A DNA stretch of 64,000 bases from the human T2T-CHM13v2.0 reference genome, Homo sapiens, in NCBI RefSeq assembly GCF_009914755.1, contig NC_060929.1; one strand, given 5' to 3'. A program made the position numbers and the translations under genes. This document shows positions 54,791 to 64,000 of this stretch, piece after piece. A model generated the notes under the pieces. The model searched no databases. It was not told where the DNA came from and saw only the letters and a list, made by a program, of their open reading frames with translations. How positions within the stretch are numbered: the stretch's first letter is position 1; each line of letters starts with the position of its first letter.

Positions 54791-56070
54791 ACAGCCTACA
54801 GAACCGTGAGCCAATTAAACCTCTTTTCTCTTAAGTTACCCAGTCTTGGATATTTCTTTATAGCAGCGCAAGAAGGACCTAACACAGGAGGTTTGCGAGA
54901 CTCAGCTGAAATAGTTTATGCCTTTAAGGGAATGAAGAAGATACGGTAAAATACAAAAATTTGATAAAACTGAGTGATAGTTCCTGGTGGTCTCATATTA
55001 GTCTCTGTATTATTCGGTCTGTTTTAAGTATTTTCATAATGAAAATACTGAAAGTACAAAGAAGGCACCTCCACAGTGATTCGGATGAGCGCATTTCAAC
55101 TGTAGTTCGCATTACCCTGACCTTATTCATGAAGCTTTCCTGCAGGACAACAAACAGCCTGGAAGAGGAAGGCGTGAGACTGCAATTTCAGAAAGTAGCA
55201 CAAACCTGACGTTCAATGTTTCCCTAAGCACGGATTTGACTGTGGGAGAAAGGAGCAGGTGTCAGCACCCTTCCCACCTGAAGAAGGTTTGAGCCAGAGT
55301 GGCAGGAACAAAGGAAAAGGCTCATGTCTGCAAGGCAGGAAGTGCAGGGGAGGGAAAAAGATTAGTCTTTCATTTTATTACCTACTGTCTGCTGTCATCT
55401 TAAGAATTACCCTGGGCTGTGAGTGGCACTCACATATGAGAGATATACTAGAGGATGATTCTCTTTTCCTTTGAAAGAGTATGCAGGGAGAAATGGTATG
55501 GAATGGAAATTGAGTTTGCAATCAACTGTAATGGCAATGATAATACTGATGCATTATAATTTCTCAACACTTTGCTCATCTGCAACAATAATAGCACAAA
55601 TCAACAAATATCTATTCAGTATCTACGAGGTGCTACCCATGAGGAATGCATAGGAACTGAATTATAGTTTTTTATTTTCTAAGAGCTCACAGTCTAGTGA
55701 AGGAGGCAAAAGAGGACAGATTCAAAGGACCTGGAGTTGTGCATGGAAGGCATGGCAATCATGGCCCTGTGTCTGTCTTGTTCACAATTCACTCATCTCC
55801 TGTTCTCCCTCAGGACTGGAGCATCAAGTGTCTCAACAAGCATACACTGAATTAAACAGAAGCACTTGATTCTGCAAATAATAATTACATGCCATTGTAC
55901 CAAGTCAGTCCCAGGATGGGCCCAGTATTAGTTCCAAAAGCTGTGCACATGCATATTACTCATGCACCTACACAGGAGCCCCGGACATGCCCCCATGGAG
56001 GATCACCACACTCTGCATCCCAACCATGGTGTGTGTTTCTTGAAATCAGAGACTGAGTCTTGTAGGTTGC

Positions 56071-56521
56071 TGTGGCCGCCATGAAGATGCACACTCTGCT
56101 TTCCTGCTTCAGGGGGCAATGCTGACTGGCAGGGTCAGTGCTGGCCCTCTGGACCCAGCACTGCATTCAGGCCACAGCCATGCTTTCCTTGGGATGCTCC
56201 AGCCAGTGCCTGAGCATGGCAGGTGCCGGTATCTGCCCATTCCTACTGGGCCAGGACTCCTCTAACAAGCAGGTTTGGCATGAGGAGACATCATCAGCCT
56301 GGCCAAATCCTTCTCAGACCTGCACTGTGACATGAGATGTTCTACTCAGCCCTTCCTTCCTTCTCTTCGTTCACAGATGTCAGACCCACATCTCAGTCTG
56401 GAGGCTCTCCCTGCCTCCTCCTGTGGCTGTTCCCTTACCCTTCACAGGCATTTCCCTGACAATCTCTTGCATATCTAAACCTACCTTAGTGTCTGCATCT
56501 CAGAAGACCCAAGGCAGCACA
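56071..56521 (+). mobile_element. LTR16A-like ERVL LTR
   Basis: TGTGGCCGCCATGAAGATGC...CCTTCACAGGCATTTCCC...TCTCTTGCATATCTAA...TCAGAAGACCC. Confidence 0.7.
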
Positions 56522-57384
56522 CTGTATTTCCAGCTCCAGCAAAGGACAAAAAGATCATAGAAGCAAAATGCTTATTTTTAAATGAATAAATTACTTCTTG
56601 AGTAAGTAATAATAATTTTCAATGAATATTAATCAGTTCTCTACAATGAAAATGTGAACTATTCTCTGATATCTGTAACTAAAATACCTCTTTAGTCTAA
56701 AGTATTTTGTATGGTCAGTATGTTGTTTGCAATTACTTTAATTTTCTGGTCAACATTTCTGTGTTCGTGAATGGTGAGCAATCAATAAAAAAATCACTAG
56801 ATGGAGCTGCCAAATTAAAGAAATGGTTGATAACTTAATTCCTGCCTCATTGATTAAGCCATGCTGCGGGCACTGGGATCCATCAGGACAGCAGGAGCTG
56901 GAGGTATCAGTATTGAGGAGGAGTGAGCCAAATCTCCGTTGACTTGTGCTCACAGTGGCATTATATGGGAGCTAAATTTTGTCATCTTTGCAATAGTTAG
57001 CCTCTGTGGGTTCCTAGGATTTAGTGTTAACCCTGAGAGTTCTATGTGGGCACTTTCTATGCCGCAAACAATTGAAAAACATAACACCTGGATCCATCCA
57101 GAGTAGATGATGTCTCCTGAGAGTAGGAATTCCACCTCACTGCCTAGGAACTCTGCAGGAAGGAACCAACGGTGGCCACAGCCCCTTGCAGTTCCAGCAA
57201 TCCTATTGGTGTGGTTCTGACTTCATATTGGCCCAGTTTACCATTGTATACTGTGCAAAGAAGCAACGACTCTAAATAAGTTTGCTCTGCGAGCCTTCAC
57301 ACCATTGTCCTTTGTCAGGTATTCTTTTTTGAATCTAAGATTGTTCTCCTTATCTACCTTACGTAAGAAATAACAATGGCCATC

Positions 57385-57575
57385 AAAAATATTTATTGAG
57401 CACTTGTTATCTGCTAATGTTATCTTGTTTAATTCTCACAACAACCCCACGCAGTGGGAGCTATTACCATTTTCATTTGACTCAGAGATATTAAGTAACT
57501 TTTCAAAGGTTACACAGCAAAAATAGCCAAGACAGGTGTGAAACTGAGCACATAAACCACAAGTACCTGCTCTTA
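57385..57575 (-). mobile_element. MIR
   Basis: ATTTATTGAGCACTT...TTAATTCTCACAACAACCC...TTAAGTAACTTTTCAAAGGTTACACAGC. Confidence 0.75.
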
Positions 57576-59894
57576 ACAACTCGTCTGCATTCCAATTCTA
57601 TATTTAAAGGCCAATAGCTTAAAATAAAGTCTTTTTAAAATTTAATTTCATGAAGGAAATCACAAGACTTTGTGTAAAATTCAAATCTAGATGATGTCAT
57701 CATGGAAAAACAAGAGCTGCCAACACATGCCCTTTTCAGCAAGTCAGTGCCTTCATAACAATGTTCTCTTCCTCTGATAAAGAGAATTTTTTCTATAAGT
57801 AGACAGCATGCTTACAGAAACATGTTTAATATCTGTCCTGTTCAACTCCCTCTTCCAGATCCAAATGGGAAAACATCTTTATTGTCCTGAGTGATGGTAA
57901 AATCAATGCCAAACTTGGGATCAGGGAAGAGAAGTCAAGGTTAACTCTCTTAGCAGCAACAGGCGACATTTGCAAAGTTTAACAAAGTGAACACTCTGTG
58001 TAATTCAATGAAGGTCATGAAGCTGAAATAGACATGGTCATCAACAAACTCTCCCTATCACAAATTTTAATTAAAGAGTTCAAGTTGTTAAAGAGCTCAA
58101 ATTTTAATTAAAGAGTTCAAGTTAAACATTTAACATGTTTTTAATTTAAATCAAATTATTTGAAAATCCAGCTATCAGCCGTGACCTGTAGTTCACCGTG
58201 CCCAGGGCTCCTGAGTCCTTCCACCGGCTCTTGCCTGCCCTGGCTACAGCACAATTCACAGGCAAGTGATGGTAGGAGAGAGAGGGATGCCTCTCTCAGA
58301 AAGCCCCAGCTTTAATGAAGCTTGAATTTCGGTTTTATTCTTGACTTTAGCAATCAGGCTTTTGAGGATGATACACAACAAGCATTACGTGGACAGAAAC
58401 AACTCCCACAACTGCTGCCCGCATCTTGCGCTTCTGAGCTCAGCACGATCTGCAGTCCTGGTGTGTCTGTAAAACCCTCAGAAAGCCACTTTCCTCTTCT
58501 ATAAAATGGAACAACCGAATGTGGGGGCTTAACATAAATAACAGCTTTGAAGTGCTTCACATAAATCCTGGAAAAGGGTTCATGTTAGAAGACATGGTTC
58601 CGCTCATTAGAAAGCTTATCAGAATGTGATTTGCTAGGAGTGAGTGGCTCGGTTAATGGGGCTGTTTATGTTCATCTCCTATTTCTGAGCTAGTTGGCAT
58701 TTCACATTTTGCTTAAGTGAAAGAACTAGTGTCCACTGATCATTGTTTTAGTCTCAGTATTTTTGAAGAAGAATATATTGATAAGTAAGTTCACAGGTTT
58801 CTAAAAATTTTATCTAAAGGTGAAGGTGAGAACTTGATGAGAGAGAGAAAGCTCCTGCAGAGCCATAGATGTGAATGGTCCCTGGACCAGGCCTGGGAGG
58901 CTCCTCTGATGGTCCTTGGGAGACACCACACAGCATTTGCTAAGGAACACAGTCAGGATTCAGAACCTACTGCAGAGATGTGAAAGACAATCACGGAATT
59001 TTGTGCTGAGAGAATCATGAGTTAGTAAACACTCTTCTTTACAGATGAAGATGCCAAAATCCAGTGGGTGAGGGAAGGGGAATATTGTTCAAGGTCAGGC
59101 AACTGGTCAGAAAGGAAATTCAAATCTCTCACCCTGACCCAAGGCTTCCCTACTAGACACTATTAATGACTTTATTGGGGTTTCCTGTGCAAGTTGGAGT
59201 AGAAAATCTTAAACTGGATCTTACAGCCTAGATGTATATTTTATTAATTCTGGATACATCCAATAGATGAAGTAAAAATTATTATTTTAGCCAATAAAAT
59301 TAATTTGTAAAACAGAATTATTCTGCTGCTAAGCTCACTTAACTACATATGAATTCCGCATAGAAATATGTAAGCGTTTTAACTTTATTGGCAAGCTTTA
59401 TATGAAATATTAAAGCTCAGTCCAAGGGCAGCATTCAAAACAAGGTGTCAGGAAAAGTACAGAAGACTTGGAAATGAGCAAAAATAATGACTAGGGCACC
59501 CTTCTAGGTGGTCTCTGCCTTTGGTTGTCTTCGAGCTATTATAACAGTATGTAAGTTGTAGAATACTAACTAATGCAGTGGTTCTTGCTTATACAAAAGA
59601 AAATTGTGTTTTATGGAGATGTCTTTGATTACATCCCTGTGGATAGTGACCAACTTTGCAACTGTTTGTAAATAGGTTTCCATATCCCTGAGGGTCTACA
59701 CATGTGTGTGTATTTGTTTGTTTGTCTTCATTTCCCTTTGAACCAGTTATACCATCATACTGGCTCATTCATTAATTAAAAAGTTAAATAAATCTTTGAT
59801 GTATGTTCTGTATATTTATATGAGAGTTACTATTTTACTATTTCTTAAAGTTATCCAGTAGCACATACAAAAGACAATGGACAATTTTCAAGCA

Positions 59895-59930
59895 AAAAAC
59901 AAAACAAAACAAAACAAAAACTAAAAAACT
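59895..59930. repeat. (CAAAA)n
   Basis: Direct reading. Confidence 0.85.
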
Positions 59931-61359
59931 AAAATTGAAGCCTTATCTCTAATTAATGAACGAAACACCACATCTGCCTACAGCCATTACAGCTTAAAGC
60001 TATTTCAGGTACAGGTGTGCTCACCACCCAAGCAAAAACCGCAATGCAGGGCAGGGACGAGAAGGTGTTTCTGCAAAGGAGTGGAAGGTTAGCACTGGTT
60101 TTCAACATTCTGATCAGGGGAATCTGGAGGTGAAATATGCCACAGTGCAAAGAAAACAAAATTTTGTACAGAATGTAGTAGCCAGGTGTATCCTTAGGCC
60201 ACATTAGCTGATGCCAGGGAAGCCCAAAACCCTAAACTGGTTCATTTCCTGTTACCCCCACCATCTTCTCCTTCATGCACAACACAAAATGGCATCTTAA
60301 TCCCTGGGAAGGGATCTGTCACTTGTGAAATGCTTTATGAAACTGTTAGAAATATAGCTGTAAGGATGTAGGCAATTGTTTAGCCTCTCAAGTCCTCAAA
60401 ATAATCTCAAATGAAATAATCTCAAAGGTATTTTGCAACTCTAACTATTCACAATTAATTCTATGGTTATATATAAATGACTATGGTCATGCATGCTTAT
60501 TTTGTTCAAATCTGTCAAAAAATAACAAATATTTATTTGATTTGAACAAGGATTAATTCAATTTCATTGCAATACATGGAAGAATTCTTTGTGATGAGCA
60601 GTTAAAAATTTTACCTCAGCGTGGAAGCTACCTAAAAGTCATCAATCTGATGTCAATCTTAGAGAATAGTTTTTAATGGAAATGGAAGGTTATGCTAGAG
60701 TGAGAAAATTCAGAGGATGAGAGCAATAATAATTCTGATTGGCAATTTCATGGTGCCTGGCGTCACCCTGGGAGGCACGTACAGTTCCTCCTTCATCCCG
60801 GTGTTTAAAGGTGATAAATGTCACTCATTCAGATGGAAGCAACAGGAACTTGACAGCTGGCGAAGATAATGATTGTCTCAAACTATGTTTATATATAGCG
60901 TCGGCTCTGTGTTTCAACAATTTGGGAATCATTTGAATTTGACCTCCCTTGGAATCTTACTGATAAGTTTTATTTGGAATATGAAAAGACTTCCTGGTTT
61001 TGCCTCAGTCTTTGTCAACGTAATTTAATGCACTCAGCAGAAGAAATGAAGTCTGACAGTAAATTGCCTGTTTGAATCTAAAGGGGCTGGAGACATCTTC
61101 TGTCAGAGAAGTATCTCAAGGACATAGCTTCCAAGACATTTACTTTTGGGTTTCTGACTTGGGATATTTGGGATTATTGAAAAGATTCCAAGACCACCCT
61201 ACCCCTAAAGATCTCCAATCCTGTTGCAGGTGACTTAGAGTCACCACAAGGGGCTAAGCTGCCAACACCATTCTTCACGGGCAAGGGACAAGCAAAATCC
61301 AGCAGGAAGTCCAAGCATTGCACAAAGGAACTACTTCTGCCTAGAGGGGTGCCTTTTAC

Positions 61360-61928
61360 TGTTAGCAGCAGTGAATCTATATGAGTCTGCAGCAACTCAA
61401 TTCTTGCCTCCTCGGAAGAAAGAATTCCACCCAGGGGCATAAGGCAGAGTGAGAGACCAAGGCAAGTTTTAGAGCAGGAGTTTATTAAAAAGTTTTAGAG
61501 CAGGAATGAAAGGAAGTAAAATACAATTGGAAGAGAGCCCAGTGGGTGGCTTGAACCATCCACGTGCTTCATCTAACCCTTGGCTTGGGAGTTTTACACT
61601 TTGGCATGGTTCCAAGGTTTGTGGTTCTTCTCCCTTGATTTTTCCTTGGGGTTGGCAGTCAGCACTTGGAAGGTTGGGTGCACTGTGTTTACTGAAGTTG
61701 TGCACATGCTCATTAGAGGCATTTTTCCCTTATCAATTGGGTGTTCCTAAAGGAAGGTCATATACTGATTAAACTCTGCCATTTTGCCTCTTAGGGTGCA
61801 TGCTTGAGTGCACTTGCCTAACTCCTGAGATCTTATTGGGAAGTTGCTGATCACCAGCTTCAGGTATTTTCTATCTATTGGGAGACTGCCTTTCCTTGGT
61901 GCTGGCTACAACCAATTATTATTTTAGA
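61360..61928 (-). mobile_element. MER50-like ERV1 LTR, truncated
   Basis: GTCTGCAGCAACTCAATTCTTGCCTCCTCGGAAGAAAGAATT, AGGGGCATAAGGCAGA, GGCAAGTTTTAGAGCAGGA. Confidence 0.82.
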
Positions 61929-62229
61929 ATTCATCAAATTATTGGTCACAACTAGCAATTTTGTAGAGGATAGACTGGGACAGGATAGGAAATATTAAAA
62001 TGCATCTGTAGCAAGAGCAAGTACTGTGATGTAAAGATTTTGTTTGAGTTTTTGAGTGTACCAGATTATAATAGAAAAAGTGTTGTTTTGCTAGAGGCCA
62101 TGGTCAAAGACCACTGCCTATCACGTGCTTTTTCTGAAAGCTAAGCTTTTACTAAGCTGACTGATACACTTTCTTTCTCAGTCTGGTGGGAAAACACCCC
62201 ACATTGAGTGGATGGTATGGAGAAAAGCT

Positions 62230-62977
62230 ATGATGGAAGTAATGGCACAGCTTAGATGCCCCTCCATGAAAGGACTTGTTGGCCCAGCTGCTGGCAGACA
62301 ACTTTCATCTGCTCCTTCAGGGATGGATACAGCTATAGCAACTGATACGGTTTGGCTGTGTCCCCACCCAAATCTCAGCTTGAATGTTATCTCCCAGAAT
62401 TCCCACGTGTTGTAGGGACCCAGGTGGAAGTAATTGAATCATGGGGGCCAGTCTTTCCCTTGCTATTCTTGTGATAGTGAATAAGTCTCACGAGATCTGA
62501 TGGGCTTATCAGGGCTTTCCACTTTTGCTTCTTCCTCATTTTTCTCTTGCTGCTGCCATGTAAGAAGTGCCTTTCACCTCCCACCATGATTCTGAGGCCA
62601 CCCCAGCTACGTAGAACTGTAAGTCCAATTAAACCTCTTTCTCCTCCCAGTTTTGGGTATGTCTTTTTCACCAGTGTGAAAGCAAACTAATACAGGAACA
62701 TTCCTCACCCAAGAGCATGCCTTTTCTAGAAGAGGCTCACACCTAGTGCCTGGTCAAGGCAGGGTTATGAACGACTGGCTAAGTCGGGACAACTCTGATG
62801 GGCCAGTTAGCTTCAGAGCCTCTTGGAGGTGACCGAGATCACCATCAGGCCTGTGTCAGAGCCCAACTTCTCCTTCTGCCCAGTGTTGCTTCCTTCCCCC
62901 TTCCCCAGCTGGTGATCCTGCAGGCCCTTCCTAGCACACACCATGTGCAAACTGTCTTCCTGAGAACCCAACCAGCA
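62230..62977 (+). mobile_element. LTR16C-like ERVL LTR interrupted by THE1A
   Basis: CCCAGCTGCTGG, GGGACAACTCTGATGGGCCA, CAACTTCTCCTTCTGCCCA, CTTCCTGAGAACCCAACC. Confidence 0.65.
62343..62694 (+). mobile_element. THE1A solo LTR
   Basis: TGATACGGTTTGGCTGTGTCCCCACCCAAATCTC...TTTTGCTTCTTCCTCATTT...CTAATACA. TSD GCAAC/GGAAC. Confidence 0.92.
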
Positions 62978-64000
62978 TCTGGAGCAGCAGACATGGGAGT
63001 GCACTGCTCAGACACCAGCCCTAGAGCCCCAGTGGCTGCCTGAAGAAGATCCAGGTGAGTTTCTTGCAGCCCCAACTTATTTAACCCCAGCAGCAATCTC
63101 ACAAATGTGGCCTGATGCAGCACTCCACCTAGTGCAAGCCCAGCAAACAAAGGCACTTGTCTAAGATGAAAATAACTTTGCACCACAGCCCAGTTGCTTC
63201 TAATAATGGTACCAGGTGGGAGAGATTTCTCTCATCACCTGTAGCCCAGAATATGGGTACGTGCCATGGTGGCTGGAAACAGGCGCTCCTCTGCTCCTGA
63301 CACACTCCCCACAGATGTCCCATTGTGACAACGTAGGCAGGGTCCTTGGAAATTTGTTTCATTCTTTATTACACAAATGGAGACGTGTAGAAACAATTTA
63401 AATCTTTAATTCCCATATTAGCCAGCCACATAAGGGAAGAAACACGTGTGAAAGATTACAACATATAGAGGCCCTGGCTCCCAGGCTGTGCTATTCTTCA
63501 AGAATGACATCAGTAAACAGAAGCCAGCAGTTTCTTCCATCTCAATTGCAAAGAGCTGAGGTTAGAGACACGTCCATTTTGGGAATATACCTTGAGTAAA
63601 AGTGATGTATCCTTATGTGACACATAGAGATGTTGTATTTGTATAGACTGTTATAGCTTCAGCCACACTTGGAAAGAAACACGTGATAAACACCATGATA
63701 TTGAATTTTTTGTGCAATTAGTTTTCCATGATGAGAAAAGTCTTGTATGCCAATCAATATTGAGCATGTAGGAAATATAGCACAACAGATACTATTCCTA
63801 CGTATCATTCATATTATACAACTCCCATAGAGTAGCTATAAAGAGCATCAAACAGACAGCATATGCTGAAGTGCCTCAGGAACTGAAAAACAGACAACAA
63901 ACGTGAGTTCTGTCAGAGAGTGCTTAGGAGTGGGGAAAATCCCTATGCCTTGAAAGCGCAGCACAGTCGTGATATGGCAAAGCTAGGGTAGCCCTTCCAT

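Overview
Simian primate (human-like) non-coding genomic DNA. I find no credible protein-coding gene, RNA gene, CpG island or CRISPR-like system. The supplied ORFs are explained by repeats (Alu, MaLR/ERV LTRs, a 75-bp VNTR, microsatellites) or by chance in GC-rich DNA. Roughly half of the window is recognisable interspersed repeat: 9 AluS-type SINEs, 3' fragments of L1PA/L1PB/L1M elements, L2/MIR relics, MER2 and MER5A DNA transposon relics, and about 24 LTR-class elements on both strands, several nested with target-site duplications (TSDs) still readable. The most interesting items are structural. (1) A complex L1PB insertion at 29198-29934 has three copies of its target site, an inverted L1 segment and a ~93-bp copy of the upstream flank. 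(2) A 75-bp minisatellite has grown inside an L2 fossil. (3) An old L1MA has a twin-priming 5' inversion. (4) There are candidate regulatory motif clusters (RFX/SOX/homeobox, OCT4 octamer in an LTR9-like element, DUX4 motifs in THE1 LTRs, NF-kB site in a MER93-like LTR). Subfamily names come from my recollection of consensus sequences, not from a search, and boundaries of old elements are approximate. I do not see evidence for a previously undescribed biological system.
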